Notes under the pieces: generated by a model
Seen by the model: the letters and a program-made list of their open reading frames with translations, nothing else
The model's database searches: none
What the model was told of the DNA's origin: nothing
Program-made: the position numbers and the translations under genes
Origin: Fimicolochytrium jonesii
Taxonomy: Eukaryota
Assembly (NCBI RefSeq): GCF_025526975.1
Contig: NW_026515691.1
Location: forward strand, 310,001 to 374,000
Direction of reading: 5' to 3'
DNA: 64,000 bases
Part shown: piece after piece, positions 37,008-48,765 of the stretch
Layout of the letters: each line of letters begins with the position of its first letter
How positions within the stretch are numbered: position 1 is the first letter of the stretch

Positions 37008-39056
37008 TTATTCGAAGGCGGCTTCGGGGAATCGGCCGTTGTACGTGATGTCTGGCACGAAGGCTGCTTCGATCTGAGAGCAGAGAGAAATATCAGTTAG
37101 CTGAACTTATGTGCGTAAAGAGCTAGGGAGCAGTGAAGGATATTCCGAGCCACTTACCCGACTACCGGCAAAGAAACGGCCATTCAATGCGTTCACTGCC
37201 GCCTCAGCTTCAGGGATGCTGTTGTACTTCATGTAGATACGGCCATCCTACAAATGAGAGATAAAAGTTGAGCACCATTCCCGCGACCCCGGCATCTCAA
37301 CGCTGAGCGTAATTCCCGATACATACCGGACTCTCAGAATCCACCCCGACGTGTCGGAGGGTCCCATACTTCCCACATTCCACACCCACGTCATCCTTGA
37401 GGTCTTGCGCCCACCCGGGATCTCCTTGGACTTCCTGCAAGTTGAACATGTTTTTGAGAAGAACGTTTCTGGTTGGTAGGATTACCGGTTTGCTGAGGGG
37501 GATCAGAAAGAGAATTCAGAGTAAGATCATCATATACGACTACAATGTATGGTATTGGTATATGACTTACGCCGGCAGGTTGGCTCCCACGAGTTTCTCG
37601 TCTCGGGCGAGCTTCGCCATGAGGTCCATGCGTGAGACGTTGTTAAGCGACATGCCTCCGTTCTCGGCATCGTCTAGAGAGTATGACGCGGTGGTTGTGC
37701 TTGTGACTTTTTCCGTATGGCCAACTCGGATCTGCAAAACTGCGATAGTTAGGAGGTGCACGACTTTTATGGGCAAATCTGAAGATTGCAACGTACCGCA
37801 CGACCCATAAGTTCAAAGCCATTCATCTTCTCCATGGCCTGCTTCGCATCCGCCGGGTTTCTATAATGAATGAATGCAAAGCCTCGAGACCTGCCTGTAT
37901 CTGCGTCCTTGGCCACGTCCACGCGGTCGATGGGCCCAAACGGTTCAAAGACGTCCTTCAGATCGGATTCGGTCAGGTTAAAGTGGAGGGAGCCGACGTA
38001 TAAGCGAGTAATCGGGGCTTCGGCGCGCCTGAAAGTTGTATGTGTTTAGCTGTGCTTTTGCTGATCACGAATTCGACCGATAAATGACTATGCTTACGCG
38101 GCGGCCTCGGCTTCAGCAGCGATACGGTTTTTTTCGGACTCGGTGTGTTGCACAATGATGGGGATACCAAGCAGCTTCTGCTCAGACATTGCGATGGCCT
38201 TTGGTACAGATTCGACATCATAAAACTCAACATAACCAACACTGTATGGTGTGGTGCTTAGAAACCCCGTACAGAAACAGAAACTCGATAGACCAACGAC
38301 GCTCACCCTTTTGATTTGCGAGAATTGCGATCTGAAATGATCCTTGCATCTCGCACTTTTCCCGCAGGCAAGAAAAAGTCGTAAAGCTCTTCTTGCTTCA
38401 AGCGAGCCGCCAGCTGCATCACGAAAACGGTCCGCTTGTCTCGTTCATATTCATCCAGTTCCGGTGACCGTGGACGACTGGAAAAGGAACATGCAGTCAG
38501 CCGACCGATCATCCGAAAAACAACCAAGTCTACTCACTCATCACGGGGAGGCCGCCTAGAAGACCTCTCAACAGAGCTACGTCGGCGATGGTGATCCCTG
38601 GAATCCCTCGAATCCCTCCTGTCACCTCTACTATGACGACGCGAAGGCGACCTAGACCTGCTGCTCCTCCTCCTACGCTCACGGTCCCTGTCCCTATCAT
38701 CCCGGCGGCGTGGAGAGCCCGAACGAGAACGCTCTTTGCGACTGCTGCGCCGTCTGCTTCGGTCGCTTGGGGAACGAGAACGACGCCGGTCACGATCGCT
38801 TCGGTCGCGCGATCGGTCCCTGTGTCGCCGCTCTTTTTCTACGCCTTTCTCGTCGGTCTTACTGCGGACCTCGGAGGAATCGTCATATCTATTTTCGGAT
38901 GGGGTGGGTTCGGGGGAGACTGGGGGGCCCTGTAGAGTGGTCCCACTGCATTAGCATTTCCGGACCTAGTGGGAACTACAGAGGGCGGTAAGAGATTATG
39001 AGACTCACAGCCTTGCGGAAAGGAGCTTCTAGGAGCTGTTCTACGTCGAGTTCCAT
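37008..39056 (-). CDS. RBM39: Splicing factor RBM39/CAPER (Rsd1-like): RS domain, two RRMs and a UHM; multi-exon
   Basis: [13 protein letters not shown] start (alternative ATG at 39062), RS-rich exon, [16 protein letters not shown]...[23 protein letters not shown]...[35 protein letters not shown], and UHM NGRFFAG ending [12 protein letters not shown]. Confidence 0.92.
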
Positions 39057-39465
39057 AACCATGACCTCTATGCGTTGACGTGATTGAGTGTTTTGGTGTG
39101 GGAATCGAAAGTGCCATTCAAGCAACGAGCAATAACGAGGGTGCTGTGAAGTGCTGTGGGGGGGGCCAAACCTGGGGCCGAACTTTAATGGCCAGTCATG
39201 TGACCACTCGAGAATAACTAATATAATCACGTGGCGCTCAATCGGCGGAAGTCGGGCGCTGCTTCTCACATCACTCATCTTGCGGTTGTGCTTCCAATGT
39301 TCCCCACGCTTGTCGGTCTCTTTGTGAGTCTGGACGTGCAAACCTCCTCAAAATTGCAGCTGGCGCCGAGAACAATCTCGTTTGCAACAGACAACAAGAC
39401 ACACCATAAACACCTCTTGCGCTTTCGCAATCACCACGCAGTGTAGCCCAATACACCGACTTGCA

Positions 39466-40638
39466 ATGTCGCTCCCAATTATTGCCCGGAATACGGCCCT
39501 CAAGGCTCCCAAGAGTCTTCTGGTACGATTTTCCGCGAGCGTCGGCTAATCTTGGGCACTTATCACTAAAGATCACGCTTGTTTGCCTTGCAGACTCCTG
39601 CGGCTGCTTCCATCCACAGCACTGCTGTTGCCCAGCTTGCTACACCCACCGCCGAGCCAATTCAGGTGAAGAAGCCTTTGTTGAAGACGTTCAAGATTTA
39701 CCGCTGGGTATGTTGTCGTGGGAATCCTCTGTGTCCTGCTGGACAACTCTTTGCCGAGTGGGCGTATGTCTGACGAGACGACTCACCACCCAAATCTCTC
39801 ACGCTACAGTCTCCCGACCAACCAGCCGAGAAGCCTCGCCTGCAGAAATACGATGTCGACCTTAACCAATGCGGACCTATGGTTCTGGACGCCTTGATCA
39901 AAATCAAGAACGAGGTGGACCCGACCCTTACGTTCCGTCGATCATGCCGCGAGGGTATCTGCGGATCATGCTCGATGAACATCAATGGACTGAATACATT
40001 GGCCTGCTTGAGCCGTATCGAACGTGACCCGGCAAAGGAGACCAAAATTTACCCATTGCCGCAAACATACGTCGTGAAGGATCTCGTTCCTGGTATGTAG
40101 TGCGCACTGTACAACAGCCCGTTATCTGTCTACAAACCTCACTGATACGCCAATCCCCATGCAGATCTCACCCAACTGTACAAGCAATACAAAGCCATCG
40201 AGCCATACCTGAAGCAAAAGACTCCCGCCCCCGAGCGTGAGAACCTGCAGACGATCGCCGAGCGAAAGAAGCTCGACGGACTCTACGAGTGCATTCTGTG
40301 CTTCTGCTGCTCGACCTCATGCCCAAGTTACTGGTGGAACAGCGATAAGTACCTTGGCCCCGCCGTCCTCATGCAGGCATACCGATGGATGGCGGATTCG
40401 CGTGATCAGTTTGGGGTTGAGCGTCGTCAGGCGTTGCAGGACCCTTTCTCGGTCTACCGTTGCCACACTATCATGAGTATGTGTTCTGGTTCCGCTTTCA
40501 TTTCATTGGTGGAGAACAGCGGCTAATCAATTTCTTCCCTACTTTTCCATTACAGACTGCGCGAAGACATGCCCGAAGGGCCTGAATCCCGGACTGGCCA
40601 TCGCAGAGATCAAGAAGCAAATGGCTCTTGACGGATAG
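39466..40638 (+). CDS. SDH2: Succinate dehydrogenase iron-sulfur subunit; 5 exons
   Basis: [60 protein letters not shown] and [19 protein letters not shown]. Confidence 0.97.
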
Positions 40639-40817
40639 AAATCGTTTTTGCATAGCTACCTAAATCAAAAAGTCCCCTTTCGTTGCCATATACCAAACTC
40701 AGAAAACAACTATTCTTCTTTCTTATGGGAAAGGGACGCGCTTGTCTTGGTGTATCGTTTTCGTCTTATGCGTAATTGTCTTCCACATTTGTGGCAGACT
40801 GCCAATAGTTACAGTGG

Positions 40818-40858
40818 GTACAAGGGCGCCGCATATAGTGTACAAGGGCGCCGCATAT
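40818..40858 (+). repeat. Direct repeat, 2 x 19 bp with period 22, between the convergent SDH2 and LSM4 3' ends
   Basis: GTACAAGGGCGCCGCATAT at 40818-40836 and 40840-40858. Confidence 0.85.
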
Positions 40859-41100
40859 GCGACAAATCGATAAACGAGCCTCATGCCCTCTCATAACCCT
40901 GCAGCATGCGGCCGACAGAGGCAGCAAGCTTTCCGCATCTGTTCGTGACGTGCCGTTGATGGTGTCCGCGGCGCCGGCGGGAATTCGTTTCCTCCCACAA
41001 GCTGTGCACTGCGAACATGCACCACACATCCTCTACGCTCATCCTCTCCCAGCAATCCACCTCACCAACACAGAACCTCTCCTCATCCTCACCCCAACGA

Positions 41101-41780
41101 TTAACCCCTCCCCCTCCCCCGGCTCCCCCTCGCTCCACCCCTCCCCCTTCCCCTGTCCCCACCCCCGCCGCGTCCACCCCTCGCACCCCCACCCCCGCCA
41201 TAGTTGTTCCCCCTCGGCTGTTCCTCGCGCACCATATCGATGACCTCGTCGGGTATCCGCAGGTACTTGATCGTGCTGCCGCGGATGTAGATCTCCGGCA
41301 GCCGCCAGAACCGGTCGCCGTCGGGGGAGGTGCAGATCACTTCGCGGAGATTGATCTGGGGAGGGGTTGGAGGGACGATGTTAGGCGCGCTGGGGACATG
41401 GAATGTTGAGACGGCCTTTGACTTTGGCTTCCTGGAAGCGACCCGGCCTTTCCCGTGCCGCCACCAACATAAGCATAGCCCGCGGTCGCCATTTGCCAAT
41501 CCCTCAAACACCTTGCCACTCCCCCCGAAATACACTCACGTTCATGAAATTATCACAGTTGACCAGATGTCCATTATACGTCTCGCCTGGCAGAAGAAGA
41601 GGCAGACCATCAGCCTTCATACACTCACGAGTCACCCCCGCCATAGACCCGGCCCTGACTAAGAGTACTAGCCCCAGAACACCGGAATGAGACGTGGATA
41701 GGATGCCCAGACGTACCGTTCTTGAGCTCGACCAGCATCGGATGGCCCTGGGCGGTGTTGAGGAGGGATAGGGGCAGCAT
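41101..41780 (-). CDS. LSM4: U6 snRNA-associated Sm-like protein LSm4; 3 exons
   Basis: [74 protein letters not shown] followed by an RGG tail. Confidence 0.96.
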
Positions 41781-42272
41781 TGTTGGTGTGTGTGATGCTT
41801 CTGTGGGATTTCCTTTCTTGGATGTTGGCTCGAAATGGGGTGGTCTGGGTCGATGGTGTGTGGATCCCCCGCCACTGTGCGAGATTCTGCGAAGAGTCTG
41901 GATTTGGAAGTCCAGACGCGAAGTTTGTGGTTTTCGACACATTTCCTCGTCCCGCAATGCGAAACGTCCCTGAGAGGCTAAGACAGCAACCCCGATCTCT
42001 CCATATTGAAAAGAACGGACGAAAAACCATCCTTCAAAGGAACGAAACGTACGCGGTCCCGTCTGTCTGGGATATTGGAGACATGTATACAGTACATCAG
42101 GCGGGATGAAACAAAGAAAAAGGTTGGGGGATGGTTCGGGTTGAGAAGGGAAAACATGTCAACTTTCGCACTGAAGAGTCAACTCGCAGCCTACAACACC
42201 AAAAGGGAGGGGAGGGGGCGGGGGGAGAGCGAAAAAAAGAACCAGGTTATAAAATGTCCCTACCAACCATAC

Positions 42273-45232
42273 TCAAACCCCCAAATTACCAGCACACCCT
42301 CCCCACGGCCCCTCCCCCTCCCCCTCCACACTCGGCATCCCAGGCGCGCCCCTATAACTCCCCCACCGATCCAACCCGCCCACCGCCTGCCCCGCTTCCA
42401 CGATCCCCTTAACAGTCATCCGAATCATCTCCGCATAATGCGCATCCACCGGAAAATGCCTGCCAGTGTTATCCAACACCGGCAGAAACACACCGGCGGC
42501 ATCTCCGATCGCCTCTCTCACCAGATCCGGTGTCGCGGTTGTCGCGCAGAGATCCGGGAGGAGGATTTGTAAGGCGGCGGTGCCCATGAGCGGGAACAGC
42601 GCGATGGCGGGGGAGATGACGGGGTGGGAGGGTGTGAAGGGGATTTTGGAGATGTCGGTTGCGTGGGTGGGAGGGACGGATAAGGGGGATGGGATGAGTG
42701 GGGAGTGGAGGGAGCGGAGGGTGTAGGCGAAGGCGCGGCGGGAGATTGTGAGGAGGGTGCGGGAGTCTACGCGGCATTCTTGGGCTGGGTAGTTTTGGGG
42801 GGTTGAAGAGGGTTTGCGGAGTGTGATGCGGTGGGTGGAGGAGAAGTGCGCTGTTGGCGGGTAGTTGTGCAGGACGGAGAGGCAGAGGAGGAAGGTGGTT
42901 GTGCATTCCACCGAGTACAGGGATTCTGTCCACGGCGCGTTAGGCGCTGGGGGGACTGATCCGCTGAGAAACATGGTGAGGTTGTCGAAAGCGCGGTACT
43001 GCGGGGGTAAGCTGCTCCACCAGTTGATGAGTGTTTCGTGGAGGAGGTCGGGGGTAGGGTTCACCTTGTACGCGCCAAACACGGCGGTAGCGGGTGCGGT
43101 CCAGGGTGAGGCGGGGTCGGTGTCGTCGTCGTCCGGGTCGGGTTTGGGTTCCGGGGCCCTGCGGACAAGGCGGTACACTGTCCGCAGCAGCATCAAGCCT
43201 TGCGCGATGAGTGCCAGCCCGCCGCTTCTGTTGAACATCGTCTCTTGGATTAATCGTTCGACGCGGCCGGCGGTGTCCGCGACGGTGAAGGCGCTCAGAG
43301 ACGTGTTGAGCTGCCCATACATCATCTGTGCGCGCTGCTGCTCGACCGCGATGCGGGCCTTATACTGCCCTCTGTTCTCCCACGGCCGCTTATCGTACAT
43401 CAGCAGCGTGAGATTACCCTCATCCATGAACGGCATGCACTTGGACGCCAGCATCCCGTACGTGTCGTACATGAAGCACATAACCAAGGTCTCCCAATAC
43501 ACATTGCGTTCCGATTCCGTGCACCTTTCGGTGCGGCAGGCGGTGAGGATCTCCCACACGGGTCGCTGTGCGGAGGACGTGTCGTTGCCGGGCACCTGGT
43601 GCCGGTCCGGGACCAAGAAGCGGTAGTAGCCTTCGGAGACGATGACGGCTTCGCGGATCCACTTGCAGGCTTTGGGCCCGTCGCCGAGTTGGAAGAATAT
43701 GCCGCCGAGGTTGAGCATGCATTGCACTTTCGCGGGGCCGTAGTAGACGCGGCTGGAGAGGCCGCGTTCTGCCCTGCAACATTAAGAGGGAGAAATGTCA
43801 ATACATGCGACTCCATCACAACCAAAAAAATCCCTGCACCGTCCCGAGAACTAACCGCTCCGCAAAATGCTTAACTGCCCTATGCCTACTCCCATAAACC
43901 CTCTCCAGCTCCGGATGCACCGAAAACTGCGCGCCAGACGCACACATCACGCTCACAATATCCGGGTCCACGCGGTCCGCCTGACTCTCGAACCCGCGCT
44001 GGACCACAAGGCCGAACACGTAGCCCGTGTCGCGGAGATGCGTTTCCAGGTCTGGTAGCGGGGGGGATGGGGAGGGGAGGGCGGATGACATCATGAGGGA
44101 GGTGAAGCTGAGGTCCATGTTGAGAGTTTGGAAGGTTGCTGGGTCGAAGATTAGGGTGTCTGTGGGACGGAGAGAGCAGAGTTAGCGGGATGATTGCATG
44201 GGGTCAGGGAGCAAATACGTACCTGAATTGAACCCCAGCTCAAAGATCCGGGAATTGTCAAACGTAGGAAACCGAGACGCGTTGAACGAATCCATCGACG
44301 GCATCATCTGCGTCTGCGTCATCAGCGCACCCGCCCCGGCAAACACCGGTAACGCAGCCGCCGCTGGATCCAGACTCCGCGCCGCCGTGTCCAGTTCCAC
44401 CGCCGACTCCATGCTATCAAAGCTCATAGTTCGCGCCGCCGTATCCACCGACGACTCCAGGCTGTCAAAGCTACCCTTCAACGCCGCCAGCGGGCCGTCC
44501 ACGCCGTCCAGTGAGAAGTACGAGTCGGGTAACGAGGCGGAGACGGGGGAGACGCGATCGGACTGGGTGTGGATGCTGTCTGGTGATCCGTTGGGAAATA
44601 ACGACAGCAGTTCGGGGGAGTCGCGGTCGGTTATGTCGCCGAAGAGGATGCGGAGCTGGGCGTCGTCTTTTTGTCCATTCAACGTCGATGCTGGTGGTGT
44701 TGCGTGCGTCCGGACCTCTGTTCCCGCACCTCCAACCCCACCAACCCCCAGAAGGTCATTCAAATCTTTTTCCACACTAAAGAACCCCACCTGCCCAGTC
44801 GGCAACGGCGCGTCCCTCTCAAACGGGCGGCTATCCACCTCCATCATCGCGCTGTAACCAATCTCCGACTCCCCGCTGCTATCCGACATTAGCGCCGTCG
44901 CCGGCGTCGCGGTGGTGGTTTTGTTTTGTGATCGAACAACGGTCCGTTTCATGGTGGCCGTTTTGTAGGTACATGGCGCCTTTTCGCCGTTAGTGCTGCG
45001 GGCGCGCTGGCATTGCGTGCAGGTGGGTTTGAGGCCGTCGCAGCGGCGTTTTTTGGATCGGCATCCGTCTGAAAAGGGAGGGACATAAAGCAGTCAGTAC
45101 CGAACTGCATAACGGCTGGCATTTGTGACACCTACCGCATGCGAGTGACTGCCGCTTCCGATGCTGCCCACCCCCGACGGAAGCGGACTGCTCTGTCGGG
45201 AGGGAGGAGCGTGGGGATGGTGTCTGAATCAT
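42273..45232 (-). CDS. Fungal Zn(II)2Cys6 transcription factor with a C-terminal fungal TF middle-homology-like region; 4 exons
   Basis: Splicing a GTAGGT...TTCAG intron (about 45070-45136) yields RKRQSLACDGCRSKKRRCDGLKPTCTQCQRARSTNGEKAPCTY, a canonical six-cysteine cluster. Downstream ERNVYWETLVMCFMYD resembles the Fungal_trans region. Confidence 0.88.
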
Positions 45233-45894
45233 CCCCTTCGTTTATTCCCTGATATTGCGTTTGTCGGAGGCTTCGTATTGTCGAGGGTGAAGTATATCCA
45301 CACTCTTTGCGGTCCAGAGGATCTACTATGTGCTCGAACTCCAGTCTCGTCGGACCGGCAGTTTGTTGGCGTCGACTGGACGATATCTCCACAGTTTTTG
45401 GACGTAGTTATGTATGGCTGCAGGTGCTCGCCACTTAGACTGCACATGTATTCATACATTGCACAGAGGGTTGCCAAGGCCCCTTTGGCATGTGGGGGCG
45501 CCTTCCCTTCCTCATCCCAACAGTCACGGCGCCACATCATGGATTTCCCACATTCGGCAGAACGGGCCGCCCAGACACGCGCCACGTAGTATCTACAAAT
45601 GTCAAAGACTCGTCGGATCCCTCCGGTCACTTCCAAGGAACGGCCCGGCGGCAGCACCTTCCAATTCATTCTCAAACTAAAATCTCCATCTACAAATTCC
45701 AACGTATGGGAAGACAGAATTGAAGATTTTGGAAACCTCGAGAGTCGAACAGCGGGTATATGTATTAATTGGGGATAGTTATGGTACAAAATTCCAAAAT
45801 GGGTTCGTTCATGCTTGGGAGCTGAGTGATGCGTCGGTATGGGTGAGACTTAGGGCTCAGAGTTTCCCGCATGCATCCTCTCTACATACACAAT

Positions 45895-46156
45895 CTACTG
45901 CAACACAACACCGGGCTTGTGTGTGTGAATGATATATGCCGCATGTGCGATTCCTAGAAAAAACGCGAAAGAAATCAATATTACATTCGCCAATCCCGTT
46001 TATCCGAGTCTACCCACCAGGAATGTAACCCAAGAGCGTAAGCCCGATGTTAATGAAGAAATCGGCCGAGATTCCCCGCTTGAAGAAGACGCCTAGGGGC
46101 GGCAGGAAGAAAGCGACGAGGTAGTCGATGAATTGGCGGCCGGAGAATGAGACCAT
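45895..46156 (-). CDS. PMP3: Plasma membrane proteolipid Pmp3/RCI2 family, 65 aa; 2 exons (not in the ORF track)
   Basis: MVSFSGRQFIDYLVAFFLPPLGVFFKRGISADFFINIGLTLLGYIP/GIAHAAYIIHTHKPGVVLQ-stop; GTGGGT...TCTAG intron at 45954-46017. Confidence 0.93.
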
Positions 46157-46283
46157 TTTTGCGGCGGGTGTTTTGTGTGTGGGTGTTTTGGTGGGGTGTG
46201 AGTTGGGTTGGTTTGGTTTATGCGATGTTTGGCTCGTTTTTGCAGTTGAGGGGTGTGCGAGAGACGATTTCGGGGCCGCCTCC

Positions 46284-46290
46284 TTTTATA
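46284..46290 (-). promoter_or_regulatory. TATA box of PMP3
   Basis: TATAAAA(GG) on the minus strand about 130 nt upstream of ATG 46156. Confidence 0.6.
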
Positions 46291-47864
46291 TGCGTTTATA
46301 TGCGACGAGTCTTCCAAGAAGGCAGGGCAGGAATGAGGTTCACCCCACATGGAAGCCAAGCCCCGCATGACGACGAAGTGAAAGCACAACAATGCTTATG
46401 GGGGAACAGGGGCGACAGACACGCGGGCCATCGCTCACCCTGACGCGTCTCAGTCAATCCGCACGGGGAACGAGGAGAGAGAAGCCGTTGACGTCATGGC
46501 ATCGAGACCTGCCTCGAAAAACGGGGTGGGAGAGACGTCCGAACATCCGTCGTTCCTGCGCATATACAGTACACTATAACTCACCTCGGGGCGGCAATGG
46601 AGGCCCGACGCCTCTGAGGATGTTTCTTGGAGAGGTGGGAAGACGATGCAAGTCGGTCGACACTCGGTGTCTGTGTGCGATATTTTCCTCATATCTCGTA
46701 GACCGCATGGGCAACATCTCGTTCACGGAACCCACCCGGGAGACCGCTAAAGCCGAGATCACCGCTGAAGCTGTCATCATTAACGCCGTCAATGCGGCGA
46801 CCGAGCCAGACACAGGTTGCGCGGTATGGAAGCATGACATTACCGACCCATAGGAATACCCAAGGACACTGGTACATAGTGAGACCGAGCTCGGATGGTC
46901 TCGACGAGAGCGCTGCGGATCCCTCGTATGCGGCACTGATGGGTGGACTACCGGAATGCGGCTCGGGCACATGTTAGAACCTGTGAAGGGCCTCTGAAAC
47001 ACCAGTGTTGCGCACCTGACTGCCTTCGCCCCGTAACAATGGGACGCGGCGCGAACGAAGACGTAAGCGTACATTGCGTAAATACAAGAACGCGCGACCG
47101 CCGACCGGGCTTCCCCGGATCCGAATCGTCCGCTTGAAGTCTTTGTGGATGATGAGGAGCAGGCGATTGTTGCCTGTCCTACCGCGGACTGGAACCGGCG
47201 AAACGGCGTGGGCAACATTCGCAATCTTCCAACGATTTTTGCTTGCACGGACGTGGGACGCAATGATAGGAAGAACCAAGGAAGCTTCGCACGTTCCAGA
47301 GGCCAAAGCCGGTGAAATGGGTGAGCAGAGCGTCTCGCGGGGATTGAAACGCCGAATCCGCGAGTACCCTCGCAACGATAGGAACGAAAAAAGTTTGTAG
47401 GGCATGCACGAGTTCGAATAGCCGCCCTGTACCCAGGGCAAGATGGTGGGCAAGGCAGCGTTCCATATACTGCTCGCACAAGAACTTTCGTGGCAGTCCA
47501 GTTCATGTGACAGGGAAGATTTTGAGGCTGATCGGGACACAGCCTCATTCGCTTTTCGAGAACGACGCGGGGTAAGCGACCAGGAGGCATTGAGGTATGG
47601 AGCGCGCTCTTCCATGTTTCAATGCTTCCTGGCCGTTCGCTCGCCCCCGGGAGGACTTAATCCCGCTCGATTTGCGAGCAGGTTCTCGGCTCATGATATG
47701 GACTCACGGAATCGGTTATGATGCTGGGTGAAAAGGGAGTGGGCAGCCAACCGGAATTACGTGGTGGCGAGAGGAAGTGAAGAGTCTCTCGTTTGGATTC
47801 CCGAGGCAGACCACCTCCGACGTTATCACAGCAAGTGCCGCCGTCCCAGGCCGACCCGGATACG

Positions 47865-48765
47865 ATGAACTCTGCCGGCGGAGCTCAAGGTGGTGAAGCT
47901 CAGCACGAAGGCTCGCAGCACAGCGGTTCCCAGCAATCCGATGGACACGAACTCATCCGCTCTCACGGTTTTCCCACGGGTACGCACGGTGCTGTGCCTG
48001 TGCAAGCCCCGCGCTCCGTCCAAGCCGGAAGTGATTTGGCTCTACCGTTGACGCCAGACGCGTTCTTCAGCACAGTCGTGGAAAAGACGAAGGTCGAGTT
48101 AAATACATATATTGCCGAGTATCTTCGCACAAGCAAGAAGGAGATCTGCCGAATATCTTCGCACAAGCAAGAAGGAGACGAACATTGCCGGTGCCTTGTC
48201 CAAGCGTTGGAATAGTGCCCCTTCCGGAGTTGCGGCGTTCAAGGCAGTCTATCAAGGGGCAACAGACCTCGCAATGGCTATCCCTAACATCAAGATTCGC
48301 TTCAATGGCCATTATGAAGAGCTTGAGAAGATCATCACTCATCTCCGGGCCAATCGCTGGGATGGTTCCATTAACGCTCGATACTACAAGGCCGGGAAAA
48401 TTCCCTATGATGAGGGCAAGTTTGGAGTTCTTGCAGCTGCTACACTCGCTGCCCTTCAAGCATTCGCTCCTGCTAGCCCTCTTGCTCAAAGCCCCGCCTT
48501 AAAGCGTGTCGCTGATAATGCGCCTATCGCCGGTGGTGTTCTTGCTCGTGCGATCTCGACTGTAGCTACTTCTGAGGCGAATGCTCAGAAGATGATTGAC
48601 ACACCTTACTCAAAAGTATCCCGGACGGACAGGTGTCAAAGATATCGGTTCAGGAGTGCGTTTCAAGCGCCCCGGTCTTCAGCGTCTGGTCGTCCGATGG
48701 ATCAAGGGCCTTGTCAAGGAGGTTGTTGTCGCCCACTGAGACCGCCTCGCCAGATTCGGCCTTGA
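47865..48765 (+). pseudogene. Frameshifted intronless ORF, putative endogenous viral element (negative-strand RNA virus nucleocapsid-like, qin-like)
   Basis: ORFs 47865-48215 and 48112-48765 fuse when one copy of a 34-bp tandem duplication is removed. The helical peptide KRWNSAPSGVAAFKAVYQG...HLRANRWDGSINARYY...DEGKFGVLAA...SPALKRVADNAPIAGGVLARAI resembles recalled qin-like virus segment-2 proteins. Viral identity is unverified. Confidence 0.5.
48113..48178 (+). repeat. Tandem duplication (32-bp unit, period 34, one mismatch) causing a frameshift
   Basis: TGCCGAGTATCTTCGCACAAGCAAGAAGGAGA (48113-48144) and TGCCGAATATCTTCGCACAAGCAAGAAGGAGA (48147-48178). Confidence 0.92.

Noticed and set aside
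46574..47590. 338 aa minus-strand ORF in the decayed island
   Set aside because: Arg/Cys/Ser/Pro-rich, random-looking composition, non-ATG start and no motifs. Not called as a gene, though the region itself is flagged.
40818..48178. Short direct repeats (40818-40858 and 48113-48178) as a CRISPR-like array
   Set aside because: Only two adjacent copies each, no spacers, no cas genes, and a eukaryotic context.
48720..48750. SVGDNNLL on the minus strand as an RdRp motif C (GDN)
   Set aside because: No motif A or B at suitable spacing upstream in that frame; treated as coincidental.
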